Counted from the first letter of the stretch, positions 8,687-18,695 are shown. The stretch is 64,000 bases of DNA from Vicinamibacterales bacterium (GCA_039925145.1 JBDSZL010000087.1:50222-114221), one strand, 5' to 3'. Notes: a model not told the origin generated them from the letters alone. A program made the numbers and translations.

Positions 8687-9856
8687 ATGCAGGTGTGCCA
8701 TGTCTCGCCTCACCTGCCCCCCGACCAGGCAGCCAACGCCCTGCTCCCGGCCGAACTCGGCAGGTGGACCCACGCCCGCGGCATGAGTGTGTCGTTCGTC
8801 ACGCAGCCTCCGACGCAGGGGGGTCCGGTGGCGGACTCGCTGCCAGGTCCGGTGTACCGGGTGGCACCCCGATCGGCATCGCGGTTCGCACGCGTCACGA
8901 GGGTCGACACGTTCCGGCGCGCGCGGGCGATCGCACGGGCGCTCGATCAGGCCGCGGCCGGGGCCGATCTGCTGCATCTTCACAGCAACGGGCTCATTGT
9001 CGAAGTCGCCGCAGACTGGGCGCGCCGCCATCGCCGCCCCTACGTCCTCACCCTGTACGGGACGGAGATCTGGCATTACCGCAAACGGTGGCCGCTCGAT
9101 CCGTTCACGCGCGCATACCAGCGCGCGAGCGAAGTGACCTTCTACAGCGAGGGCTTGCTCAGCCGCGCGCGCGAACTGGGACTCGAGCGCCAGGCGCTCT
9201 CGGTTGTGTATCCGGCCGTGAATACTTCGTTCGCTCGTCTCGACGACCAGGCTCGCCAGGCGCTGCGTGTCGCGCTCGGCGTTCATGAGCCACGGCTGAT
9301 CCTGAACGTCAAACGTCTGCACGAGCTGGCAGGGCAGCAATACTTGATTGGCGCGTTCGCGCGCATCGCCCGTCAGCGCGACGATGTCAGGCTCGTCATC
9401 TGTGGCACGGGGCCGCTCGAAGCCCAGCTGCGGGCACAGGCGCAGGCGGCAGGGCTGGCCGGACGCGTCACCTTTACCGGACTGATCACGAATGCCGAAG
9501 TGGCGCGCTTTGCTGCCGCCGCAGACGTCTTCGCCCTGCCGTCATTGCTCGAGGCGCTGCCGACAGTCGCGGTCGAGGCCCTTGCCGCAGGGACGCCTGT
9601 GGTGTCGGCGGATCACCCGGGAGGCATCGAGCTGCAGCAGCTCTTTGGCGAGGACGTCGTGGTGGTGCCGCGGCGTGATGAAGACGCGCTGGCTCACGCT
9701 CTCGGTGCACGACTCGACATACCGCGTCGAGCGCGCCCTGAAACGGCCGAGATCATCGTTCAGCGCTTCAGTCCGGATGCCGTGCGGGCGGCGTACGAAG
9801 CTGTATACGACCGGGCGCTACCTCGTTCGGTACTGGCCGGAAGGACCGGCGCCTGA
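8687..9856 (+). CDS. Glycosyltransferase family 4
   Basis: HLHS, ICGTGP, DVFALPSLLEALPTVAVEALAAGTPVV. Confidence 0.9.
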   Translation: MQVCHVSPHLPPDQAANALLPAELGRWTHARGMSVSFVTQPPTQGGPVADSLPGPVYRVAPRSASRFARVTRVDTFRRARAIARALDQAAAGADLLHLHSNGLIVEVAADWARRHRRPYVLTLYGTEIWHYRKRWPLDPFTRAYQRASEVTFYSEGLLSRARELGLERQALSVVYPAVNTSFARLDDQARQALRVALGVHEPRLILNVKRLHELAGQQYLIGAFARIARQRDDVRLVICGTGPLEAQLRAQAQAAGLAGRVTFTGLITNAEVARFAAAADVFALPSLLEALPTVAVEALAAGTPVVSADHPGGIELQQLFGEDVVVVPRRDEDALAHALGARLDIPRRARPETAEIIVQRFSPDAVRAAYEAVYDRALPRSVLAGRTGA

Positions 9857-9877
9857 TTCGAGGCTATCCTGTAGCCC

Positions 9878-10330
9878 ATGGCTACACTGCTCGATCAGAT
9901 TACGCAGGACATCGCGGACGCCATGAGGCGGAAGGACCAGACCTCGCTCGCCCCTCTCCGCATGCTCAAAGCCGCCCTGATGAACCGCGAGGTGGAGAAG
10001 GGTCGAGCCCTCGATTCCGCCGAAGGTGTGCAGGTCGTGAATTCGCTCGTGAAGCAGCGGCGCGACTCGGTCGATCAGTTCCGGGCGGGCGGCAGGCCCG
10101 AGCTCGCGGACCGCGAGCAGGCCGAGGTGGAATTCCTTCAACGCTACCTGCCCCCGGCTGCCGACGAAGACACCGTGCGGGAGGTCATCGAGGCGGCCAT
10201 CGCGGAGACCGGTGCCACCTCCCCCAAAGACATGGGCAAGGTCATGAAGGCCGTCACGGCACGGCTTGCCGGTCAAACCGTCGACGGTCGGGCCGTGAGC
10301 GAGGCCGTGAAGAAGAGACTCGCAGGCTGA
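9878..10330 (+). CDS. yqeY: GatB/YqeY domain protein
   Basis: LRMLKAAL, VKQRRDSVDQF..GGR.ELA, YLP, KDMGKVMK. Confidence 0.92.
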   Translation: MATLLDQITQDIADAMRRKDQTSLAPLRMLKAALMNREVEKGRALDSAEGVQVVNSLVKQRRDSVDQFRAGGRPELADREQAEVEFLQRYLPPAADEDTVREVIEAAIAETGATSPKDMGKVMKAVTARLAGQTVDGRAVSEAVKKRLAG

Positions 10331-10334
10331 ATCG

Positions 10335-10363
10335 GCAAACCTTTTTCAGGCCTGTTCGTCTAA
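10335..10363 (+). promoter_or_regulatory. ECF-sigma-type promoter
   Basis: GCAAAC (10335-10340), 16-nt spacer starting CTTTTT, then CGTCTAA (10357-10363); matches the AAC-N16-CGTC class of ECF promoters. Confidence 0.6.
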
Positions 10364-10369
10364 CTCAAT

Positions 10370-10445
10370 GAAAGGCGCCCAAGAGCCTCTCATCCATCCT
10401 CCGGGCAGGGGTCTCAGCCGCAAGGCTGGGGCCCCTCTTTTTTTT
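10370..10445 (+). ncRNA. Candidate small regulatory RNA (~75 nt) with exposed anti-SD tract; 5' end approximate
   Basis: ECF-type promoter upstream; short hairpin AGGC..GCCT (10373-10388); CU tract CTCATCCATCCTCC (10389-10402); terminator hairpin with T8. Confidence 0.5.
10407..10445 (+). terminator. Rho-independent terminator
   Basis: 13-bp stem AGGGGTCTCAGCC/GGCTGGGGCCCCT (2 G-U pairs), GCAA tetraloop, then C and 8 T. Confidence 0.9.
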
Positions 10446-10555
10446 CGCGACCGCGTCGCCAGGGCAGTTCGTCGGGCGCATAACAGACCCTGCGAGTTTG
10501 CCATTCTTGCCGGTCTTTTCTGGCATGGCGGCCGGCCGTATGCGTGCGGGCTGGT

Positions 10556-12127
10556 GTGAGTAATCGCCTCGCCCGGTCCGCCGGACTGATCGGTCTTGCC
10601 ACCTTGGCCAGCCGGATCCTGGGTCTCGCGCGGGACGTCATCCAGGGCAGCTACTTTGGGACCCTGGCCGCAGCCGACGCATTCGGCGTGGCCTCCCGGA
10701 TGCCGGCACTCCTCCGCGATTTGTTCGCCGAAGGTGCGATGAGCGCGGCGTTCGTGCCGACCTTCACCCGCCACCTCCGGCGAGAAGGCCAAGCCGCCGC
10801 GTTCCGCCTGGCCTCGCAGGTCATCAACGGTCTGATTCTGGTCACCGTGGTGCTGGTCGTCGCCGGCATCGTGCTGGCACAGCCGCTCGTCGGCTACTAC
10901 GCCAGCGGATTCGCCGACACGCCCGAGAAACTGCAGCTGACGGTGACTCTGACGCGGCTCTGTCTGCCGTTTCTCATTCTGGTGGCGGTCGCCGCCGCGT
11001 GCATGGGCATTCTCAATGGCCTGCATCGCTTTTTCGTGCCCGCGCTGTCCCCTGCCCTCTATAACGTCATGTTCATCGTGACGACCATCGTGCTCACTCC
11101 AGCGTTCATCCAGCGGGGGGTCGAACCGGCGCTCGCGCTCGGCCTCGGGATGCTCGTTGGCGGCGTGGCCCAGGTCGCCGTGCAATGGCCGGCCCTTCGA
11201 GCGGCCGGCTACCGTCACCAGTGGGTGTTGAACCCGCGCGATCGGGGGCTCCGCGAGATTCTGCTCCTGATGGGCCCTGGTTCGATAGGCGCAGCGGCGG
11301 CCCAGGTGAACCTCATGGTCAACACGTCCCTGGCGACGGCGCAGGACGGCGCGCCGTCGGCGCTGCAGTACGCGTTTCGCCTGATGTACATGCCAATCGG
11401 CATTTTCAGCGTCTCTGTGGCTACGGCCGTGCTGCCCGATCTGGCGCGACACGCCGCCGACCACGACCGTGAGCGGATGCGCAGCACGCTATCGTGGGCT
11501 CTCCGCTTGATGCTGATGCTGAGCGTGCCGGCCACCGCTGGCCTGATGGTGCTCGCGCATCCGATAGTCGAGCTGATCTTTCAGCGCGGACACTTCGATG
11601 CGCGGTCGACGGCCCTCGTGGCAAGCGCCCTCATCTGCTACGCACCCGGTATCGTGGGCTACTCGGTCGTGAAGATTGTGTCTCCCACCTTCTATGCCTT
11701 GCAGGATGCGCGCACGCCCATCGTCACCAGCCTGGCAGCCGTGGTCGTCAATCTGGTGCTCAATCTCTCATTGAACGCGGCTATGGGATTCCAGGGACTC
11801 GCCCTTGGCACCGCCATCGCGGCCAACGTCAACGCGGCGCTGCTGCTCCTGCTCATCGCCCGACGCACGGACGGCGTCGAGGCCAAACGCGTGATGGTTT
11901 CACTCGTGAAGATTGCCGCGGCATCCGTGCTGATGGCCGGCGCCGCCTGGTGGACCGAGCGCCAGCTGCACGTGTGGTTCGCGACGCCCACGCTGGTAGC
12001 CCGGCTGGTGCGGGTGCTCGGTGGCATCGGCGCCGGAGTCGGCACGCTGGCGCTGGCGGCCTGGGTGCTCCATATCGAAGAATTCCGTCAGGCGCTCGGC
12101 CGCATCGGGGTCATCCTGAAACGATGA
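10556..12127 (+). CDS. murJ: Lipid II flippase MurJ (MviN)
   Basis: SRILGLARD, LFAEGAMSAAFVP, YAFRLMYMPIG, IFQRGHF, FYALQDARTP; start chosen at GTG 10556. Confidence 0.93.
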   Translation: MSNRLARSAGLIGLATLASRILGLARDVIQGSYFGTLAAADAFGVASRMPALLRDLFAEGAMSAAFVPTFTRHLRREGQAAAFRLASQVINGLILVTVVLVVAGIVLAQPLVGYYASGFADTPEKLQLTVTLTRLCLPFLILVAVAAACMGILNGLHRFFVPALSPALYNVMFIVTTIVLTPAFIQRGVEPALALGLGMLVGGVAQVAVQWPALRAAGYRHQWVLNPRDRGLREILLLMGPGSIGAAAAQVNLMVNTSLATAQDGAPSALQYAFRLMYMPIGIFSVSVATAVLPDLARHAADHDRERMRSTLSWALRLMLMLSVPATAGLMVLAHPIVELIFQRGHFDARSTALVASALICYAPGIVGYSVVKIVSPTFYALQDARTPIVTSLAAVVVNLVLNLSLNAAMGFQGLALGTAIAANVNAALLLLLIARRTDGVEAKRVMVSLVKIAAASVLMAGAAWWTERQLHVWFATPTLVARLVRVLGGIGAGVGTLALAAWVLHIEEFRQALGRIGVILKR

Positions 12128-12151
12128 CGTCGGTCTGGTAGCATCCGTCGT

Positions 12152-12901
12152 GTGACACGCTTCCCGAGCTCCGGCGCGATGTACTCCTTTGGTCCGGGTC
12201 CGCTCACCCCCGCTGTTCGCGCAATCATCTTCAGCAACGTCGGCGTGTTTCTGCTGACGCTTGTGTGGTCGGACCCGGTCGTCCAGCTGTTTGGCCTCAC
12301 GCCAAGCGACGTCATCGAACGCGCACGCGTCTGGCAGCTCGCGACGTATCTGTTCGTGCACTCGCCGTCTTCCATTTCACACATCATCTTCAACATGCTC
12401 GCCGTGTGGATGTTCGGTGTGGAACTGGAGAACCGGTGGGGCACCGTGGCCTTCGCGAAGTACTACGCCATCACGGGGATTGGGGCGGGTGTGTCGATGG
12501 TGCTGGTCTCGCTCCTGCCGTTCAATGCGACGCGCGTGGTGTACGACGTGCCCACGATCGGCGCGTCGGGTGCCGTGTACGGCCTGCTCATGGCGTGGGC
12601 CATCCTCTTTCCCCACCGGCAGATTCTCTTCATGTTCATCTTTCCGTTGCCGGCACGCGTGTTCGTGATCCTCATCGGCGCAATCGCGATGTTCTCGGCG
12701 ATCGGCGCCGGGGGAGGACCGGTTGCCAACCTCGCACACCTCGGCGGGCTCGTGGTCGGCTGGTTCTATTTGAAAGGGCCGAAGAATCTCCAGTTGGAGA
12801 TGAAGTATCGCCTGTCCCGATGGCGCATGGAGCGCATGCGGCGCAAGTTCGGCGTGCATCCGGGTGGCAGGAGTGACGAGTGGCGGAACCGTCCGCATTG
12901 A
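12152..12901 (+). CDS. Rhomboid family intramembrane serine protease
   Basis: WQLATYLFVH, HIIFNM, GASG catalytic Ser, AHLGG catalytic His. Confidence 0.93.
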   Translation: MTRFPSSGAMYSFGPGPLTPAVRAIIFSNVGVFLLTLVWSDPVVQLFGLTPSDVIERARVWQLATYLFVHSPSSISHIIFNMLAVWMFGVELENRWGTVAFAKYYAITGIGAGVSMVLVSLLPFNATRVVYDVPTIGASGAVYGLLMAWAILFPHRQILFMFIFPLPARVFVILIGAIAMFSAIGAGGGPVANLAHLGGLVVGWFYLKGPKNLQLEMKYRLSRWRMERMRRKFGVHPGGRSDEWRNRPH

Positions 12902-14295
12902 GGGCGCGGCTGTCCCGACGTCATCTCGCTGCCGGACTCGTCGTCGGCCTCCTGATTCGTCTTCTGCTGCTTCCGGCACCTGGATCGCCCGACGTGGGCT
13001 CATGGAAGATCTGGTCCTTTGCGGGTGCGTTCGACCCCGCGTCCTTGTACGGCGTCGGCGGCACGCCACCCGAGCGACGCCTGCTCCACTGGCATGGTGA
13101 AACAGGCACGACGGAGTACCCGCCGGTGGCCCTCTACGAGATCAGTCTGGCGGGTCGCATCTACGCGAGCCTCGATCGTGCATTCGACGACAGCCCGATA
13201 CTCACGGCGCTCATCAAGGCACCGGGGCTGCTGGCCGAGATCGCGCTCATCGCAGGGCTGCTGTTGTGGAGACCCCCGGTGCTGGGCGCGGCCGTCGACT
13301 GGATCGTGCTGGCGTTCTGGCTCAACCCCGCGGTGATCGTCAACGGCAGCGGTCTCGGCTATCTCGATGCCCAGATGGCGGTGCCTGCCACGCTCGCGCT
13401 CGTGGCCGCAGGCGCGGGGTCGTTCGGGACTGCCGGCAGCTTGATGGCCCTCGCTCTTCTCACCAAACCACAGGCGCTGTTCGTGGCGCCGGCCCTGCTG
13501 CTCCTGCTGCTCGCAGCGGCACCCTCCGAACGACGCCACAGGCTGGTGGCCGTCACCGTCGCCGGCGCAGCCACGACGGCGGTGTTACTCGCCCCGGTTG
13601 TGCTGCGTGGCGCCTGGAGCAACATGCTGCAGGCACTCGGCCGTCTGGGTGCGCACGATATGGTCTCGGGCAACGCGCTCAACTTCTGGTGGCTCGTCAC
13701 CTGGATCGTGCGATCGCTCGACTCGCTCGATCTCGGTTGGCGCGCGGCATTCACCCTGCCCGTCAGCATCCTCTCGATCGGGCGAATGATGGATGTCGGG
13801 TATCCCAATCCGAAACCCATTGGCGCGGTCCTCGTCGGCGCATGTCTTCTCTGGGTGATCTGGCGGTTCAGACGCGGCCAGCGGCTGGCAGGCGCGGCGC
13901 TCGTGGGCGCGTGGTGCGTCTACGCGTATGCGATGTTCAGCGCGCAAGTGCACGAGAACCATGCCTACCTCGCCGTCCCGATCCTCTTGCTCGCAGCCGG
14001 CCTTGCGCCGACCCTGCGTCCATTGTTCTGGGTCGTGTCGGCCATGACCGCTCTGAACATGTATCTGTTCTACGGGATCGGCACGACCTGGTCGCCCATG
14101 CTTCAGCGAAGCTGGACGGGCGTGGATCTATCGGTGCTGCTGGCGCTGGCGAACGTCCTGATCTCCGGCTGGTTCACGCGCGAGGTGCTCAGGCTGCCCA
14201 GGATGGGCCAGGCTCACGCGGTCGGCGCGTCGCGCATGGGATCGGGGTCGCTCACCACTGACAGCACGAAGGAGTCGTCGAGACTCTCGCAGTGA
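12880..14295 (+). CDS. Multi-pass membrane protein, probable GT-C glycosyltransferase
   Basis: PDV after TM1, EYPP, LNPAVI..G.LDA, TKPQ, VHENH; AGGAG upstream of the GTG. Confidence 0.65.
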   Translation: MAEPSALRARLSRRHLAAGLVVGLLIRLLLLPAPGSPDVGSWKIWSFAGAFDPASLYGVGGTPPERRLLHWHGETGTTEYPPVALYEISLAGRIYASLDRAFDDSPILTALIKAPGLLAEIALIAGLLLWRPPVLGAAVDWIVLAFWLNPAVIVNGSGLGYLDAQMAVPATLALVAAGAGSFGTAGSLMALALLTKPQALFVAPALLLLLLAAAPSERRHRLVAVTVAGAATTAVLLAPVVLRGAWSNMLQALGRLGAHDMVSGNALNFWWLVTWIVRSLDSLDLGWRAAFTLPVSILSIGRMMDVGYPNPKPIGAVLVGACLLWVIWRFRRGQRLAGAALVGAWCVYAYAMFSAQVHENHAYLAVPILLLAAGLAPTLRPLFWVVSAMTALNMYLFYGIGTTWSPMLQRSWTGVDLSVLLALANVLISGWFTREVLRLPRMGQAHAVGASRMGSGSLTTDSTKESSRLSQ

Positions 14296-14558
14296 TGCAG
14301 GATACGTGCGGGTATGACAACGACTTCGCCCTCGCGCACTGTCGTTTCCTCTGTGCCGAGTCGAAAGCGGATGGCGCCTTGCAGGACGTAGACGATGATG
14401 CCGGAGTTGTGCTGGTGGCGCGGCACGATGGCGCCCTTCTTGAAGTAGGCCTGTGTCAGTTGCATGCCGGTCGAGAGGATGGTCTTTCTGGCGACCATTT
14501 CCGTGACCTTCTCGAGCGGCAGTTCATCCCACCGATAAAGCGCAGCGTGGGGGGGCAT
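14214..14558 (-). CDS. Cupin domain protein
   Basis: KKGAIVPRHQH, YVLQG, GEVVVIP...HH; start moved to ATG 14558; 82-bp convergent overlap with the preceding gene. Confidence 0.8.
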   Translation of the reverse strand: MPPHAALYRWDELPLEKVTEMVARKTILSTGMQLTQAYFKKGAIVPRHQHNSGIIVYVLQGAIRFRLGTEETTVREGEVVVIPARILHHCESLDDSFVLSVVSDPDPMRDAPTA

Positions 14559-14573
14559 GTGTGAGTCACGAGG

Positions 14574-14581
14574 AGTATAAT
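14574..14581. promoter_or_regulatory. Overlapping bidirectional -10 elements
   Basis: AGTATAAT gives TATAAT on + (14576-14581) and TATACT on - (14574-14579), between the divergent cupin and E1 genes. Confidence 0.5.
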
Positions 14582-14670
14582 CGAGCGGTTGCACGGGTGC
14601 CGGGCGAGGCCAGAGGGGATTCTGCCGGATGAAGAGCAGCACGTTGTCAAGCGGACGAATCACCGATCCG

Positions 14671-16785
14671 ATGCCGTCAGCAACCCAGGCCCAGCCTCGG
14701 ACCGATGAGCTCACCCGCGACGACCTCGTCCGGTTTTACCGGCTCATGCTCCTGTCGCGACGAATCGACGACAAGGAAATCCAGCTCAAAAATCAGAGTC
14801 AAATCTACTTTCAGATCAGCGGCGCCGGACACGAAGCAATTCTCGTGGCTGCCGGCCTGGCCCTGAAAGCCGGCTACGACTGGTTCTATCCGTACTATCG
14901 CGACCGCGCGCTGTGCCTGACGCTCGGGATGACCGCACGGCAGATGTTTCTCGCCGGTGTCGGATCCAGCGAAGACCCGACGAGCGGCGGCCGGCAGATG
15001 CCCTCGCACTGGGGCGACCCGGGGCTGCACATCGTGTCGCAGTCGAGTGCCACGGGCACACAGTGCCTGCACGCCATCGGATGCGCCGAAGCGGCTCTGT
15101 ACTACGACCAGGTGGATGCGATTTCCGGCCGCGCCCAACGGTACGAGACCGACGAAGTCACCTACGTTTCGGTAGGGGAAGGCGCCACCAGCGAGGGAGA
15201 GTTCTGGGAATCCCTCAACGTCGCGTGCCTGCGCAAGCTGCCGGTGGTGTTTCTCGTCGAAGACAACGGCTACGCCATCTCGGTGCCGGTCGACGCGCAG
15301 ACTCCCGGTGGCAGCATCTCGCGACTGGTCGAGTCATTCCCCGACCTGCGCATTGTCCGCTGCGACGGCACCGACGCGCTGGCCAGCTACCGGGCGATGA
15401 CAGAAGCGGTGGACTGGTGCCGCGCGCGCCGTGGGCCCGCACTCGTGCACGCCAGTGTCGTCCGCCCGTACTCGCACTCACACTCCGACGATGAGCGGTG
15501 GTACAAGCCGGCCGCCGAACGCCTGGGCGAAGTCGCACGCGATCCTCTTCCGAAGTTCGCCGCATTCCTGCAGGAGCACGGCGTGCTCACCGAAGCAGAA
15601 CTGGCAGACCTCGCTCGCGATGTCGACCACGAGATCGCAGAAGCGGTCGAGTACGCGCTACAGGCGCCGAAGCCATCGGTCGACACCGTGGGCCTGTATG
15701 TCTACTCGCCGAGCATCGACCCCACCTCGCGCACCTTCGACACGCCAGCGATCCCAGACGGTAAACCAGACACGATGGTCGCGCTGATCAATCGCACGCT
15801 GCGCGACGAGCTGGCTGCCGACCCCCGGGTGCTCGTCTTCGGCGAGGACGTCGCCGACTGCACACACGAGGCGCATCTGCAGGACGTGTCAGGCAAGGGC
15901 GGCGTCTTCAAAGCCACGCTCGGTCTCCAGCGCGCCTTCGGCTCCAGTCGCGTCTTCAACTCCACCCTCGCGGAAGCCGCCATCGTCGGCCGCGCCTGCG
16001 GCATGGCTATTCGAGGACTGAAGCCGGTTGTCGAGATCCAGTTCTTCGACTACATCTGGCCCGCGATGATGCAGCTGCGCGACGAGATTTCGATGCTGCG
16101 GTATCGGTCGAACAATGGCTTCGCGTGTCCCATGGTCATCCGCGTGGCCATTGGCGGATACCTCAGGGGCGGTGGCGTGTACCACAGCCAGTCCGGCGAG
16201 AGCATCTTCGCGCATTGCCCCGGCTTGCGCGTCGTCTATCCATCCACGGCGCAAGACGCGGCCGGACTGCTCCGCACGGCCATCCGCAGTGATGATCCCG
16301 TGCTGTTCCTCGAGCACAAGCATCTGTACCGCCAGACATACAACAAGGGTGACTACCCAGGGCCGGAATACACGCTTCCATTCGGGCAGTCGGTGGTCAG
16401 GCGTGACGGCAGCGATGTCGTGGTGTTGACCTGGGGCGCGCTCGTGCAGCGCTCCCTGGTTGCGGCGCAGCAGGCCGAGAAGCAGGGCGTCAGCGTCATG
16501 GTGGTCGACCTCCGTACCATTGCGCCCTATGACTGGGACGGCATTGCTGCCGCTGTGCGGCGGACCACTCGCGTAGTCATCGCTCATGAGGATCAGCTGA
16601 CGTGCGGCTTCGGCGCTGAGCTGGCGGCACGAATCGCCGGCGACCTCTTCGACTACCTGGATGCCCCGATTCGCCGGGTCGCCGCCATGGACACGCCCGT
16701 GGCCTATCATCCAGACCTCGAAGAGGTCATCCTGCCCGGATCGAGTCACGTCCTCGCCGCGATTCTCGAGATAGCGAAGTACTGA
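14671..16785 (+). CDS. 2-oxoacid dehydrogenase E1, fused alpha+beta subunits (branched-chain type)
   Basis: [30 protein letters not shown] ThDP motif, [23 protein letters not shown]; start could be 14629. Confidence 0.92.
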   Translation: MPSATQAQPRTDELTRDDLVRFYRLMLLSRRIDDKEIQLKNQSQIYFQISGAGHEAILVAAGLALKAGYDWFYPYYRDRALCLTLGMTARQMFLAGVGSSEDPTSGGRQMPSHWGDPGLHIVSQSSATGTQCLHAIGCAEAALYYDQVDAISGRAQRYETDEVTYVSVGEGATSEGEFWESLNVACLRKLPVVFLVEDNGYAISVPVDAQTPGGSISRLVESFPDLRIVRCDGTDALASYRAMTEAVDWCRARRGPALVHASVVRPYSHSHSDDERWYKPAAERLGEVARDPLPKFAAFLQEHGVLTEAELADLARDVDHEIAEAVEYALQAPKPSVDTVGLYVYSPSIDPTSRTFDTPAIPDGKPDTMVALINRTLRDELAADPRVLVFGEDVADCTHEAHLQDVSGKGGVFKATLGLQRAFGSSRVFNSTLAEAAIVGRACGMAIRGLKPVVEIQFFDYIWPAMMQLRDEISMLRYRSNNGFACPMVIRVAIGGYLRGGGVYHSQSGESIFAHCPGLRVVYPSTAQDAAGLLRTAIRSDDPVLFLEHKHLYRQTYNKGDYPGPEYTLPFGQSVVRRDGSDVVVLTWGALVQRSLVAAQQAEKQGVSVMVVDLRTIAPYDWDGIAAAVRRTTRVVIAHEDQLTCGFGAELAARIAGDLFDYLDAPIRRVAAMDTPVAYHPDLEEVILPGSSHVLAAILEIAKY

Positions 16786-16856
16786 TCCGCTCGTCCCCAG
16801 GACGCTTTCTTTGGCGGTCCTGCGCCCTCCAGGCCGATCCCCCCTATACTGGAGAG

Positions 16857-18695
16857 ATGTCTCGACCCCATCAGACCTCTCTGGACGTCGCCAATCCGCT
16901 GATTCGCAACGTCGCCATCATCGCGCACGTCGACCATGGCAAGACCACGCTCGTGGACGCGCTGCTGCACCAGAGCGGCATCTTCCGCGCCAATGAGCGC
17001 GTGGCCGAGCGGGTCATGGATTCGAACGAGCTCGAGCGCGAGCGCGGCATCACGATTCTTGCCAAGAACACGGCGGTCCATTACGACGGCTACATGATCA
17101 ACATCGTCGACACACCGGGTCACGCTGACTTCGGCGGCGAAGTCGAGCGGACGCTGTCGATGGTCGATGGGGTGATGCTTCTGGTTGACGCCTCGGAAGG
17201 CCCGCTCCCGCAGACCCGGTTCGTGCTCCGAAAGGCGCTGGAGCGGCGCCTGCCGCCGATGGTGGTCATCAACAAGATCGATCGCGCCGACGCGCGGACG
17301 CAGGCGGTGCTGAACGAGGTCTACGACCTCTTCATCGACCTGGACGCGACCGAGGACCAGCTCGATTTTCCGGTGCTCTACACGAACGCGCGTGAAGGGA
17401 CGGCCACGTTGGACCTGGCAGTGGCGGGCGAAGACCTGCGGCCGCTCTTCGGTGCGGTCATCGAGCACATCCCGGCGCCACGGGGATCCACCGAGGCACC
17501 GCTGCAGGCGCTCGTGGCGAATCTCGACGCGAGCGACTACCTCGGACGCCTCGCCATCGCCCGCGTGTTCAACGGCCGCGTGAAGGTGGGCGACCCGATC
17601 GCCGTGTGCAAACTCGACGGCTCCATTCAACGCACGCAGGTGACGAAGCTCTACACGTTCGAGGGGCTCAAGCGGGTGGACACGCTTGAGGCCTCGGCCG
17701 GCGAGGTGATCTGCCTCGCGGGGATCGAGGGCATCATGATCGGCGAGACGATCGCGTCGTCTGAAAACCCGGTGGCGATTCCGCCGACGGCAATCGACGA
17801 GCCGACCGTATCCATGATCTTCGGCGTCAACACCTCGCCCTTTTCCGGCCGCGACGGCAAGTTCGTGACGTCACGTCAGATCAAGGACCGGCTGAGCCGC
17901 GAACTCGTAGGGAACGTCTCGATTCGCGTCGAGCCAACCGAGACTCCTGAACAGATGAAGGTAATCGGCCGCGGCGAGCTGCAGCTGTCGATTCTCATCG
18001 AGATGATGCGTCGCGAGGGATTCGAGCTGCAGGTGTCACGCCCGCAGATTGTCACGCGCGAAATCGACGGAAAGGTCTCGGAACCGATCGAAGAGCTGGT
18101 CGTCGACGTCGCCGAGGAGTACCAGGGTACGGTCATCGCCGAAACCGGGATGCGGCGAGGCGTCATGACGCGGATGGTGAATCACGGGAGCGGACGGGTG
18201 CGACTCGAGTTCCGGATTCCCGCGCGCGGTCTCATCGGCTTCCGTTCGCAGTTTCTGACCGAGACCCGCGGCACCGGCATCATGCACCATAACTTCGCCG
18301 GGTGGGAGGCGCACCATGGCTCCATCCCGACGCGGACGAGCGGATCGCTCGTGTCCGACCGTTCAGGCGCGGCGACGGCCAACGCCATCGCCAACCTGCA
18401 GGAGCGCGGCGAGATGTTCGTGGAACCGAGCACGCAGGTGTACGAGGGCATGATCGTCGGCGAGAACTCGCGTAACAACGACATGGACGTCAACATCACG
18501 CGCGAGAAGAAGCAGACGAACATGCGGGCGTCCTCGGCCGATGAAGCCATTCGCCTGATTCCTCCGCGTCTCATGAGCCTCGAACAGGCAATTGAGTTCA
18601 TCAACGACGACGAACTTGTCGAAGTCACGCCCAAGTCGTTGCGGCTGCGCAAGAAAGTTCTGACCGCGAACATGCGCCCGCGACGAGCCGAGTAG
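16857..18695 (+). CDS. typA: Translational GTPase TypA/BipA
   Basis: [51 protein letters not shown]. Confidence 0.97.
   Translation: MSRPHQTSLDVANPLIRNVAIIAHVDHGKTTLVDALLHQSGIFRANERVAERVMDSNELERERGITILAKNTAVHYDGYMINIVDTPGHADFGGEVERTLSMVDGVMLLVDASEGPLPQTRFVLRKALERRLPPMVVINKIDRADARTQAVLNEVYDLFIDLDATEDQLDFPVLYTNAREGTATLDLAVAGEDLRPLFGAVIEHIPAPRGSTEAPLQALVANLDASDYLGRLAIARVFNGRVKVGDPIAVCKLDGSIQRTQVTKLYTFEGLKRVDTLEASAGEVICLAGIEGIMIGETIASSENPVAIPPTAIDEPTVSMIFGVNTSPFSGRDGKFVTSRQIKDRLSRELVGNVSIRVEPTETPEQMKVIGRGELQLSILIEMMRREGFELQVSRPQIVTREIDGKVSEPIEELVVDVAEEYQGTVIAETGMRRGVMTRMVNHGSGRVRLEFRIPARGLIGFRSQFLTETRGTGIMHHNFAGWEAHHGSIPTRTSGSLVSDRSGAATANAIANLQERGEMFVEPSTQVYEGMIVGENSRNNDMDVNITREKKQTNMRASSADEAIRLIPPRLMSLEQAIEFINDDELVEVTPKSLRLRKKVLTANMRPRRAE

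Noticed and set aside
10368-10559. 63-aa ORF starting just after the ECF-type promoter
   Set aside because: It runs through a strong intrinsic terminator and the sequence is not protein-like; the RNA interpretation fits better
14214-14295. 82-bp convergent overlap of the cupin and GT-C-like genes
   Set aside because: Probably incidental stop-codon drift; the GT-C tail is low-information sequence
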